Origin: an uncultured Acidobacteriaceae bacterium
GTDB lineage: Bacteria > Acidobacteriota > Terriglobia > Terriglobales > Acidobacteriaceae
Assembly (NCBI GenBank): GCA_963833875.1
Contig: CAWHZM010000002.1
Coordinates: 1,260,104 to 1,324,103, forward strand
Length of the DNA stretch: 64,000 nt
Reading direction: 5' to 3'
Position 1 is the stretch's first letter. Each line of letters opens with the position of its first letter. This document shows, in pieces, positions 31,765 to 40,710 of this stretch. The notes beneath the pieces were generated by a model that ran no database searches, had not been told where the DNA came from, and worked only from the letters and a program-made list of their open reading frames with translations. Position numbers and translations under genes: made by a program.

Positions 31765-34308
31765 TTATTGCGTAGTGCGGTCTTTAATTCGCCAGCATTT
31801 CGGCCAGAAACTCAGCTGGATTGAGGTGGTCACATTTGACTGCCTGGTGGAAGCGAGGACCGGATAATCCCATAATTCGTATTGGACCGAGGCGGATAGA
31901 CTGAAGCTGGGGCGCAGCCAAAATTCTGCGCGAACGTTGACGTCTGCCAGCGTACCGCCGCTCGCGATGAGTTCCCGGCTAATTTCTTGATGCCTGAATC
32001 CGAACTGGACTTTATTGCGCGGCGTGAGCCAGTAGGTCGTCCACGCTTGAGCGCCCTGACCTTGCCGGCCGACCCAGCTACCCATCAAGTGTTTGTCATT
32101 CTGGAAACCAGTGATCCAGGTTGCATCCCAATAGAAAGCGCCGTAGTTCACATCGGCCGCGCTGCTGGGTGGAGCGGTGTATACCGCCTCCACGCGAAAA
32201 TCGAGCTTCGGAATTCTGGGCAGTCGTGGAATATAAATGCCTGCCAGCCAGGCGGCTACATCCGGACCGAGGAGCGGAGATATCTCGTCATGCTCGGCCA
32301 TACCTTCGGCGTAGAACGTCATTCCATTTCGAATGCCAGGAATGCGGTAACTGAAATCGAGTCCAGCTCGCCGTGAGCCTGGCTTGTTCACAGATCCTGG
32401 TCCGGTATTGCCGGTGGACAACAGACTTCTCAAGAAAGTATGGACGGTTAAGGGGTAGCCGGGGCCGCCATAATCGGTAGTTCGCGAGATTCCGATTTCG
32501 AGGTTTTCGGTTGGCTTGAAACTAATCCGTTCGCCGTGCATTGTGGGCTGAGGATTGAGCGATTCGCCATACTGGCCAAGCAGTCCGGTTGGAGTTAACA
32601 CGAATTCATAGCCGGAAAACTGGCCGACGAAAGCTTCCAGTCGGATTGGTCCAAGGATGCTGAGAAAACTCGGAAGCGTGAATGGGGTTACGCGATTTAC
32701 GCGAAACATGCGGAGCGGCGCCGCGTTATTGCTGAACATCAAGGGTCCGCCCTGGGACGGGCCCCACCACAGGCTCTGATTTCCGTAGGAGATTTGCCAG
32801 CCGGAAAGCTTCATGGCTACGTAGGTATCGAGAAAGCGACCCTGATCGTATGTCGCGGTAGGAGTATCGGGCGGGACCGGATATGGAAGTGGAACCGTAC
32901 TGTGGCCGAAATCGGCGTAGGAAATTGCATCGAGGGCGCCGGGTGGCAAGGCTGGCGCGGAAGGAGAATGCTGGTATTCACCCCGAGCGTAAACCACGAA
33001 CGGACCATCGGCAGCCCAACCAGACATTCCAGAAACGTCGTTAACCCCTTGCTGCTCGGGGCGTCCGTAATCGTTGATGATGGTCTGTCCAAAGTGATCC
33101 CCATCGGTGAGTGGCTTACCGGCGATTTCGGAGATGCGTGTGTAAACAGATTCCAGGCGGAATTCGCCATTGTCACCCCCGCCTAACCAGGCCATCTCGG
33201 CGGAAAATTCCGTTTGCAAAGTTTCAGAAAGACTTGCGGCTTCCAGGTCAGAATCTTCGCTTTCCGCGACCCGGCCAGCGGCTTCTTCGATCTGCCGCGC
33301 ACACTCCATGCGCGTCCAGGGCCGCATGTCGGCAAAACCGCTGTGGATGTAGCCCAGAGCGCTTAAGCGATCGATGGCAGGATAAATCCAACTGTCGAGA
33401 GATACGTAGGGCGAGCCCATGTTCTTCGATCCCCAATGGGACGGCTTGTCGGGGCGAACGGCCGGAGTTTCCCAACTTTCACCTTGCAGATTGTCGTCGT
33501 GGTGATGGCGATAAACGTACTCGCTGGTCAAATATCCAAGGGCCGCGCCAACCAGTACGTCCGAAGGAAAGTGTTCTTTGGCGGTAATGCGGGAGGCGCT
33601 GATCGCCGTGGCTGCGCCATAGGAAAGAAACCTCATGACTGGACCAGGATATTCGTGAGCAATGGTTGAAGCGATGGCCCACGCAACGGCCGCATGTTCA
33701 GATGGAAACGAGGTTCCTCTGCGGCGGAATGGACCGCTCCCGTCGCCCTGGTAAGGGCGTAGTCGGCCTGCGGCATATTTCAGCGCTTCGGCGGCGAGTA
33801 GGCTATCGATTGCGGATTCTCCACTTAGGAAACCACTTTCGCGTTGATGCGGATTGTCCGTCGCAAGCCCGAAAAGGTAGAGTGCTCCCGCTCCCGCGCC
33901 CGTCGAATACAAACCATAATCGGAAATATGGCGATACCGCACAAGTGTGCTGGGAGTGTCTGAAAGATGACGGCTGACCGTGCTATCGGTGGCAAGAAGG
34001 GCAGCGGTGAATCCTCCCAGAGGAACCAACCACGTGGCATCGGAGAGTTTGAGCCTGGAAGGACTGCTCCACATCCCGGTCTGATCATGAAAAAGATGCT
34101 TTGGCAGGTCGAGCAGGGAATTGCGGAAGTAGTCGGGGGTGTCTTTGGAAATAAGCGGGCTGCTTGGGGGTGCAGGGGGGTCGAAGAATATGGCGGAGGG
34201 TGCGGGCGCCCTTGGCTCAGACTTCGGTGGGGAGGACTGAGCGATCGCGGCCGCGGTACTTGCAAACAGAAAAGCAACTACTAGCGATCCGCAAGGTCTC
34301 GGCTGCAT
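31765..34308 (-). CDS. PAP2 phosphatase domain fused to a Wzi-like capsule-assembly outer-membrane module (copy 2)
   Basis: 847-aa ORF with signal peptide MQPRPCGSLVVAFLFASTAAAIAQS. Complete PAP2 motifs KYAAGRLRP, SFPSEH and SRITAKEHFPSD. Wzi-like DSWIYPAIDRLSALGYIHSGFADMRPWTRMECARQIEE plus barrel-like C-terminus. Lies 23 nt downstream of the Wza-like gene. Confidence 0.8.
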   Translation of the reverse strand: MQPRPCGSLVVAFLFASTAAAIAQSSPPKSEPRAPAPSAIFFDPPAPPSSPLISKDTPDYFRNSLLDLPKHLFHDQTGMWSSPSRLKLSDATWLVPLGGFTAALLATDSTVSRHLSDTPSTLVRYRHISDYGLYSTGAGAGALYLFGLATDNPHQRESGFLSGESAIDSLLAAEALKYAAGRLRPYQGDGSGPFRRRGTSFPSEHAAVAWAIASTIAHEYPGPVMRFLSYGAATAISASRITAKEHFPSDVLVGAALGYLTSEYVYRHHHDDNLQGESWETPAVRPDKPSHWGSKNMGSPYVSLDSWIYPAIDRLSALGYIHSGFADMRPWTRMECARQIEEAAGRVAESEDSDLEAASLSETLQTEFSAEMAWLGGGDNGEFRLESVYTRISEIAGKPLTDGDHFGQTIINDYGRPEQQGVNDVSGMSGWAADGPFVVYARGEYQHSPSAPALPPGALDAISYADFGHSTVPLPYPVPPDTPTATYDQGRFLDTYVAMKLSGWQISYGNQSLWWGPSQGGPLMFSNNAAPLRMFRVNRVTPFTLPSFLSILGPIRLEAFVGQFSGYEFVLTPTGLLGQYGESLNPQPTMHGERISFKPTENLEIGISRTTDYGGPGYPLTVHTFLRSLLSTGNTGPGSVNKPGSRRAGLDFSYRIPGIRNGMTFYAEGMAEHDEISPLLGPDVAAWLAGIYIPRLPRIPKLDFRVEAVYTAPPSSAADVNYGAFYWDATWITGFQNDKHLMGSWVGRQGQGAQAWTTYWLTPRNKVQFGFRHQEISRELIASGGTLADVNVRAEFWLRPSFSLSASVQYELWDYPVLASTRQSNVTTSIQLSFWPKCWRIKDRTTQ

Positions 34309-34331
34309 CGGGATAGATCCTTAATTTGCGG

Positions 34332-37300
34332 CTAATACGCGGCTGCCAAAATTGCGCTGGTACTGAGGGAACTCAGGATTTGCGCATTTTGGAATATGGT
34401 TCTCCAGACTGGAGGCCCACCGAGCGCCTTCTCTGGAGCAACCACCATATCGCCGGGGTGCAGTGGATCGTTGAGCGCACTTCCAGTGAGCCAACTGGAA
34501 CCGTGGCTACCCACGACCGTGCCATCCGCGTGAACCACGAAGATAGCTCTCCGGTTCGCCATGTTGGTGGTGCCGCCGGCCTGTGTCAGATACCACCGCG
34601 CGCTTTTCCCCGGACGATAACCCACTGCGGTCGGCCCGTAGACCTGGCCCTGCACCAGCACATAGCTTGGCCGCTTGGGAACCAATAGAATGTCGCCGGC
34701 TCTTAGGGTTACGTCGCGAGCTGTATTTGCCCAGGCATGCAAGTTTGCGGAAACTTCAATCGTGACGCGTCCGGTCGGAGGGCTGCTGATCAGGCTGTCG
34801 AGCGTGGTTTGCCATTGCACCAGCGCCGACTCGGCGGAAAGTTTTTGGTCAGGGTCAGTGGTGCTGGTGGCTGTCAGTTTCAAGCTGGCCTGCTGTTCCC
34901 GGACCCGTTGAACCAGTTCTCCGTAGGATCTTTGTTCCAACTTCTGAACTTCTGTGCGCTCCAGTACCGAGCCATAGGGGTAGGCGGCTGGACCGAATCC
35001 GCCTGCGCGCAAAATCACAGAACTCAGCTTCTCTCCGGGGCGAATCCCGTAGCTGCCGGGATGGACCACCTCGCCTCGTAGCGTGATGGAAGCGCCCAGA
35101 TCAGCCCAACCCGGAACCTGGCGAATCGTGAGTACGTCGCCATTGGTTAAAGCGCGATTGCCTTCGGAATCCGGCCGCGCGTCGGCCAATACGATCTGCT
35201 CCTGCTCGCCACTGATTTGCTTCTGATCGTTCCAGAAATAGTGGGTGAGATCCGCAGCTTGCAGATCGGCGCTCTGCTTGAGACCGCCGGCCGCGCGAAT
35301 CAAGTCGGATACGTGCATGTTGGCGGTGAGTGGATACCTTCCAGGGCGCGCGACTTCGCCCTTGGCGGAAACCGTAGCCGGATCGATCGCGGCTGCGTTT
35401 CGATGAATCAGCACCCGATCTCGGCTGTCGAGCACGATATTGTCCGCGGAACTGCCCTCGAGGGCGCTGCTCAGCTTTATATTGATGATCTTCAATGTAC
35501 TGTCCGGCAGGGTTCGAAAAACCTGTGCATCGAGGGTGGAGGCATCGGGCAGAAGTCCGCCGGCCAAATGAATCGCATCGCTCAGATGAATGTCGCCGGA
35601 TGTGGGATACGTTCCCGGGGCCCGTACATTCCCCAGTACCGAAACGCTGGGCGGATCTTCGAAATCGTACCGGCCAAAGATCTGCACCGTATCCAAAGGC
35701 TGTATGGTTGGAGCTGTCGCGGGATCGGACAGAGCCTCGGCCACGCTGAAGCTCTGCACAGAAGGGTGAAAATCGGGAAGATTCAGCCGAATAATCTCGC
35801 CATACTGCAGCGCTGGTTCGGGGAGAAGATCCTTGTAAGAGGCGATCAGGTCGGTGACTCGCATGCCTTCATGGAATGAGTATTTGCCAGGCCGGATGAC
35901 ATGACCTTCCAGATAGACCGCATCCTGATTGTAGGGAGCAATGGGAAAGATCCTCACGCGATCGCCGTCCTGGATGTGGAACGACTGTAGCTGCTGGGTC
36001 ACGGATTGAGGATTCCCATCCAGAGCCGAGCCACTCGGGATGTCCAGGCTGAGCATGGTTTGCTTCTCGTGCGCCACCAGTCGCTGTACTTCGATATGGC
36101 GCAGAGTTGCCGTGGGTAGAAGTCCTCCGGCCAGCGCCAGGGCATCCGCTAGAGATTTTTCGTCATTGATCTCATAAATTGCAGGACGACGCACCATCCC
36201 CTCAACGTCGATTTCCGGTCCTAAAGGCGGAGCCATCACGGTGTCGCCATTCTGCAACCGCTGGATGTCACCCTTAACGCCGTGGAGCAGGAGATCGTAG
36301 ATGTCGACGGTTTGAACCAACTGGTTTCCACGGTAATGGCGCAGAATTCGCAGCGATCCGAGACGAGTCGGGCCACCGGCAGCGAATAGGGCATTAAGCG
36401 GCGTGGACAGCGAGCCGACGTCATAAGCGCCGGGGCGGAGCACATCCCCGACCACATAAACACGAATCGTGCGCAGGCGCGAGAGCGAGACATCGGCGGA
36501 GATGTCATGGAATTGTGTCCGCAACGTTTTTTGGACGGTTTCCTGGACCTCAGCCAGGGACTTTCCTGCAATCAGGATGGGCCCAACTTCGGGCAGACTG
36601 ACTCGGCCCTCGCGATCGACCACGCGATACAAACGGCGAGTGACCCCGCCCCAGAGATCGACGGTGAGACCATCTCCCGATCCCAGGACATAGTCAGGAC
36701 CTACGGGCAAATCGGTGGGAAGCATTTGCAGATCGCGAGTTCCGTTCTCGAAAATCTGCATGCCAAAACGGCCGACCGCTGGAGGGTGCGCGGAGGTTTG
36801 CAGGTACATGTCATATAACGATGGGATATCCGCATAAGGATCGCGAGCACGGATCATGCGCTGGCTGAGATTGCTCGATTGCCGGGCGCGCAGCAAGTTG
36901 TCGCGCGCGATCGGATTGCTGGCGAAGGTTTCGTAGGCCGGGGAGGTTCGAAATGATCCATACATTGAATCCGAGCCAGGAGAAGATGGAGAGATGGCCG
37001 AATCAAGCTCCTGATCGCGGGCCTGGCGAGAAGACTCGGAGGCCGGTGGCAAGCGGTCGAGGTCGGTGGCGGGTGCGAGTGCGAGTGCTGGCTGACTTTC
37101 GGGGTATGGCGAATTTTTCCCTTGAGAATCGTCACGGCTGGAACCGTTTTCACCCACCTCCACGTATCCCGATCTTTCCGACTGTGTCCCGGCGACCGGC
37201 TGAACCTGCTCAAACGGGAAGAGCCCATCATCGCTGGTTTCCAGCAGCTCCGTGACGTTAATGTCCGGAGATGGGCGCTGCGGCATCGGGGTTGAGGGCG

Positions 37301-37946
37301 GATAAGAGTGAGGGGTTTGTAGACCGGGCAGTTCGGGTGAAAATTGATCTCGTCCCGACTGCGCTGGGGTTTGCGGGACGGGTAGATTCGCCGAGTTCGC
37401 GCCCGATCGAGCCTGGCAGCTCGAATGGATCCGTGGATCGCATTCTTGAGTCTCTTGCACTTTGAGAAGTTGCCGCTGGTTGGCGCGTTCCGTCTCCTCA
37501 TCCTGCGCCAGCCACTTTACCCGCTCTTGTATGAGAAGTTCCTGCTGTTTGGCGAGAAGCGAGTCGGGATTCAGAGTGGGTTGAAGATAGCCGTATTTCT
37601 GCACCAACAGCGTCGCTATGCCGCGGAAGCTGATATCGGCGTCCAAGCGGTCAAAGATGGCCTCATCGGTTAGGTCGGCGTCGGAGATGAGTTGTCCGTG
37701 GTCGGTCGCATCTTTTGCGATCCAGCGCTTCAATTCGACCATGAGGCCGGGATCGTGGTGCAGAATGACAACCAATTGTCCCGACGATGCCGCGACCCGG
37801 CCCATATTCTGCCGAGCCAATTCGGAGGGAGCGACCGAACTATATTGCGCTGGGGATTGAGCCAAGACACTCATGCAGCAAACTCCCAGGATAATTGCGA
37901 GCCGCAAAACCCAACTCGCTCTGCGATCGCTACGTTTGAGAATCAT
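34332..37946 (-). CDS. giant Wza-like polysaccharide export protein (Poly_export + multiple SLBB domains, long N-terminal extension)
   Basis: 1204-aa ORF with a signal peptide. An N-terminal region of about 400 aa includes a P/S/Q-rich linker. Then PVGPDYVLGSGDGLTVDLWGG and repeated SLBB-type units (..GEV.RPG.Y....M.V.DLI..AGGL..). The tail ...ILSSLSTSAILAAAY is hydrophobic. Confidence 0.85.
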   Translation of the reverse strand: MILKRSDRRASWVLRLAIILGVCCMSVLAQSPAQYSSVAPSELARQNMGRVAASSGQLVVILHHDPGLMVELKRWIAKDATDHGQLISDADLTDEAIFDRLDADISFRGIATLLVQKYGYLQPTLNPDSLLAKQQELLIQERVKWLAQDEETERANQRQLLKVQETQECDPRIHSSCQARSGANSANLPVPQTPAQSGRDQFSPELPGLQTPHSYPPSTPMPQRPSPDINVTELLETSDDGLFPFEQVQPVAGTQSERSGYVEVGENGSSRDDSQGKNSPYPESQPALALAPATDLDRLPPASESSRQARDQELDSAISPSSPGSDSMYGSFRTSPAYETFASNPIARDNLLRARQSSNLSQRMIRARDPYADIPSLYDMYLQTSAHPPAVGRFGMQIFENGTRDLQMLPTDLPVGPDYVLGSGDGLTVDLWGGVTRRLYRVVDREGRVSLPEVGPILIAGKSLAEVQETVQKTLRTQFHDISADVSLSRLRTIRVYVVGDVLRPGAYDVGSLSTPLNALFAAGGPTRLGSLRILRHYRGNQLVQTVDIYDLLLHGVKGDIQRLQNGDTVMAPPLGPEIDVEGMVRRPAIYEINDEKSLADALALAGGLLPTATLRHIEVQRLVAHEKQTMLSLDIPSGSALDGNPQSVTQQLQSFHIQDGDRVRIFPIAPYNQDAVYLEGHVIRPGKYSFHEGMRVTDLIASYKDLLPEPALQYGEIIRLNLPDFHPSVQSFSVAEALSDPATAPTIQPLDTVQIFGRYDFEDPPSVSVLGNVRAPGTYPTSGDIHLSDAIHLAGGLLPDASTLDAQVFRTLPDSTLKIINIKLSSALEGSSADNIVLDSRDRVLIHRNAAAIDPATVSAKGEVARPGRYPLTANMHVSDLIRAAGGLKQSADLQAADLTHYFWNDQKQISGEQEQIVLADARPDSEGNRALTNGDVLTIRQVPGWADLGASITLRGEVVHPGSYGIRPGEKLSSVILRAGGFGPAAYPYGSVLERTEVQKLEQRSYGELVQRVREQQASLKLTATSTTDPDQKLSAESALVQWQTTLDSLISSPPTGRVTIEVSANLHAWANTARDVTLRAGDILLVPKRPSYVLVQGQVYGPTAVGYRPGKSARWYLTQAGGTTNMANRRAIFVVHADGTVVGSHGSSWLTGSALNDPLHPGDMVVAPEKALGGPPVWRTIFQNAQILSSLSTSAILAAAY

Positions 37947-38185
37947 TCGGCGATTCTAGGTCAGATCTATTCCACGCATGCAGGCGAATTAAATAATTCG
38001 GATCGCTGCCGCCCGATTCGGGAAGGCAGGAGGCTACGAATTGGCTCTGCCGTAGAGATGAGGTCTTGGTACGAGCATTAGTATTGCTTGGTACCGGTGC
38101 CTTCAGATCGATACCCTTTTCGCGTCCGCTTCCTAATACCTTCGAGTGCTCCCGCGAGCGTCCGCGTGTAGATCTTTTTTGAACC

Positions 38186-38614
38186 TTGTGCACCTCGGCA
38201 GAGCCTCCTATGCTTTGCGCTGGGGAATACTCCGTGAAACGAGTTCGTGTATTGGTCGCGAATCATCCGCGTCTCATGCGGGAATTGGTGATGGCCACAA
38301 TCGCTGACCAGTCCGATATCGAACTGGTGGGCGAAGTGCGAAATGAGAGCGATCTGACTGAGGCTGTCGAGCAAGCTCACCCGGACGTTCTGATCATCGC
38401 TATGGACGAGCCGGAGAAACGTCTGGGGCAGTGTGGTTTTCTTCTGGGACGCCATCCGGAGATGAGGATTCTGGCCTTGGCGCCGGAGCAGAACCGGGGA
38501 ATTTTTTACTGGGCCGTGGTCGATATTCGGACCAGGGATCTGGAGAGCTCCGAGGCTGGGATTCTGAACGCGGTGCGGGAACATCCCGCGTTGGTCGGCA
38601 TGGCGCAGAACTGA
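38186..38614 (+). CDS. stand-alone degenerate receiver (pseudo-REC) domain protein
   Basis: 142-aa ORF collinear with NarL-type receivers, but the conserved residues are replaced: DD->AN (VLVANHP), phospho-Asp->Ala (PDVLIIAMDEP), Ser/Thr->Ala (ILALA), and no Lys. The start is uncertain within the first ~17 codons. Confidence 0.55.
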   Translation: MCTSAEPPMLCAGEYSVKRVRVLVANHPRLMRELVMATIADQSDIELVGEVRNESDLTEAVEQAHPDVLIIAMDEPEKRLGQCGFLLGRHPEMRILALAPEQNRGIFYWAVVDIRTRDLESSEAGILNAVREHPALVGMAQN

Positions 38615-38690
38615 CGCGCCGTTGGACCGTGCGTATTTGCGGTCAAGTTCAAGATAGTGCACTACTTGTCCGATAGGTTCTTGTAGTCGA

Positions 38691-38720
38691 GGGGGCGAAG
38701 CTGTGCCCCTCCTGTTTTCG
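38691..38720 (+). terminator. weak hairpin followed by a short T tract (possible attenuator/terminator between the REC-like and NusG-like genes)
   Basis: GGGGGC-N8-GCCCCT (one G-U pair) followed by CCTGTTTTCGG, read by eye. The stem is short, so support is low. Confidence 0.25.
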
Positions 38721-38752
38721 GAAGTCCCAGAATAATCTGCAACCAAACGCCT

Positions 38753-39319
38753 ATGGAACCTTCGATGAGCCCAACCGCGAAGCCAGGAGTCCTCAACTGG
38801 TACGCCCTCTACACTTGTCCGCGCCACGAGAAATCCGTTGCTCACCAGATCGAACAGCGGAATCTCGATTGTTTTCTGCCGCTCTACCGTTCCGTGCGGT
38901 CGTGGAAGGACCGGCGGAAGGAGCTGGAGCTGGCGTTATTCCCAGGCTATGTGTTCGTGCAAATGGAGCTGGCGGACAGGCTTCGAGTGCTGGCGCTGCC
39001 GAGTGTGGTGCACCTGGTAAGTTTCAATGGAGTGCCTGCAAGGCTGCCCGAGGGCGAGGTTGAGGGCTTGCGCCAAAGGCTCATTGGAGCAAAAGTCGAA
39101 CCCCATCCCTATCTTTGCGTGGGACGCCGCGTGCGCGTGACCGCCGGGCCCATGCAGGGGCTCGAAGGAATCGTGGTCCGGCGCAAGGACCGATGCCGGG
39201 TGGTGTTCTCGCTCGACCTGCTGAGGCGCTCGGTCGCCGTGGAAGTGGATCAGAGCGTCTTGGAACCCGTCATTCCGGCGAAGCCCGCTGTCATACGGGC
39301 CCCGCGGCCAATTCCGTGA
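38753..39319 (+). CDS. NusG-family transcription antiterminator paralogue (RfaH/UpxY-like)
   Basis: 188-aa ORF. NGN domain WYALYTCPRHEKSVAHQIEQRNLDCFLPLY...LFPGYVFV and KOW motif GRRVRVTAGPMQGLEGIVV. First functional gene ahead of a long polysaccharide operon. Confidence 0.85.
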   Translation: MEPSMSPTAKPGVLNWYALYTCPRHEKSVAHQIEQRNLDCFLPLYRSVRSWKDRRKELELALFPGYVFVQMELADRLRVLALPSVVHLVSFNGVPARLPEGEVEGLRQRLIGAKVEPHPYLCVGRRVRVTAGPMQGLEGIVVRRKDRCRVVFSLDLLRRSVAVEVDQSVLEPVIPAKPAVIRAPRPIP

Positions 39320-40710
39320 CCCCGGCCTCCAGTCCAGTGGCCGCCGAAGAAGCTTTAATCGAGGCTCCGGCCGATGAGGATCGCCACCTTCACGTGGAGA
39401 TACCTTTGCCTGCGGCATCTCACGCAGGGTCTCACCAGGTCGACGATTTCTCTTCCTGGTCGTGGCTGCTGTGGGAAGGCCGCCGGTTTCTGGCGCGAGT
39501 CGTGGCCGCCGGGTTGGCGACTTCGCTGCTGATTGCCTTCCTGATTCCGAAGCGCTACGACTCGACCATCCGCCTGATGCCTCCCGACAGCCAGTCCAGT
39601 TCGGCGTTGACCATGCTATCGGCCATGGCGGGCAAGAGCGGGGTCGGGATGGGCGCATTGCCCGAGGGTCTGCTCGGCCTGCACAGCTCGGGCGCGTTAT
39701 TTGTGGATATCCTGGGCGGCCGGACGGTGGAAGACCGCATCATCGACCGATTTGATCTGCAAAAGGTCTACGGAGAACGTTACCGGTTTGACGCGCGGCG
39801 GCGTTTGCAGGGTTACACCGACATCTCTGAGGACCGCAAGAGCGAGGTCATTGCCGTCCGGGTCAGGGATCGCGACCCGCGGCGAGCGGCCCTGATGGCG
39901 CAGGCTTACGTCGACGAATTGGATCGCATGGTGGCGCAGGTATCGACCTCCTCGGCGCGGCGCGAACGGTTGTTCATCGAGGGCCGGCTGAGCAGCGTGA
40001 AACAGGAGTTGGATCGAGCCGCGCGCGAGTTCAGCCAGTTCGCCAGCCAGAATGCGACCATGGACATCACTAGTCAGGCCAGGGCCGCGTTGGAGGCTGC
40101 GGCGCGGCTGCAGGGCGAGCTGATCGCCGCTCAGTCGGAGCTGCAGGGCATGGAACAGATCTATACCCCCAGCAATGTTCGGGTGCGCACCCAACAAGCC
40201 CGCGTGGAGGAGTTCCAAAGGCAGCTCGACAAACTGGATGGCAATCATGCTGCGACCGGCGCCAGCTCCGGCCCAGCTGGGGGTGCCGACCAGCCGGTGG
40301 ATGCGGGAAGCGCGTTCCCTTCCATACGGCAGATTCCGCTTCTTGGGGTGCGCTGGGAAGAGCTTTACCGGCAGGCCAAGCTGGAAGAAACCATCTACGA
40401 ACTGCTCACCCAGCAGTATGAGCTGGCCAAGATCGAAGAGGCCAAGGAAATTCCCACGGTCAAAGTGCTGGATGCAGCGGACATACCGGAAAAGAAGTCA
40501 TCTCCTCCCCGGGCGCTTATAGCCGTGATGGGCACGCTGCTGGCTCTGAGTGCAGGGGTGTTTTATGTGCTGAGTATTGCCGCCTGGCGACGCATCGATC
40601 CGCAGGATTCGCGCAAGCGGCTGGCGGAGGAGTTTATGCGCCAATCCGGGGTTTTTTCCCACGGCTGGGCTCGGCTGGGGCGACGGCTGATGGGAAAGGC
40701 GGCCAATTGA
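39316..40710 (+). CDS. Wzz/GumC-type polysaccharide co-polymerase without kinase domain
   Basis: The track ORF starts at 39115 inside the NusG-like gene. I chose GTG 39316, which overlaps the NusG-like TGA (GTGA). It has two TM segments flanking a coiled-coil periplasmic region and no Walker-A/BY-kinase tail. The start is uncertain. Confidence 0.75.
   Translation: MTPASSPVAAEEALIEAPADEDRHLHVEIPLPAASHAGSHQVDDFSSWSWLLWEGRRFLARVVAAGLATSLLIAFLIPKRYDSTIRLMPPDSQSSSALTMLSAMAGKSGVGMGALPEGLLGLHSSGALFVDILGGRTVEDRIIDRFDLQKVYGERYRFDARRRLQGYTDISEDRKSEVIAVRVRDRDPRRAALMAQAYVDELDRMVAQVSTSSARRERLFIEGRLSSVKQELDRAAREFSQFASQNATMDITSQARAALEAAARLQGELIAAQSELQGMEQIYTPSNVRVRTQQARVEEFQRQLDKLDGNHAATGASSGPAGGADQPVDAGSAFPSIRQIPLLGVRWEELYRQAKLEETIYELLTQQYELAKIEEAKEIPTVKVLDAADIPEKKSSPPRALIAVMGTLLALSAGVFYVLSIAAWRRIDPQDSRKRLAEEFMRQSGVFSHGWARLGRRLMGKAAN

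Noticed and set aside
38049-38055. GCCGTAG, one mismatch from the GCGGTAG core of the enterobacterial ops element, in the leader region upstream of the REC/NusG genes
   Set aside because: A 7-mer with a mismatch is expected by chance in 64 kb. RfaH ops specificity is not known to transfer to distant NusG paralogues.
39115-39315. ATG 39115 as the start of the wzz-like gene (track ORF start)
   Set aside because: That start would put 200 nt of the gene inside the NusG-like coding region in another frame. The extra residues are Arg/Gly/Pro-rich junk. GTG 39316, overlapping the NusG-like stop, fits the coupling pattern of the operon.
38078-39658. Minus-strand ORFs 38078..38845 (255 aa) and 38936..39658 (240 aa)
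   Set aside because: They are antisense to the receiver-like, NusG-like and wzz-like genes, have low-complexity Arg/Pro-rich translations, and show no recognisable domain.
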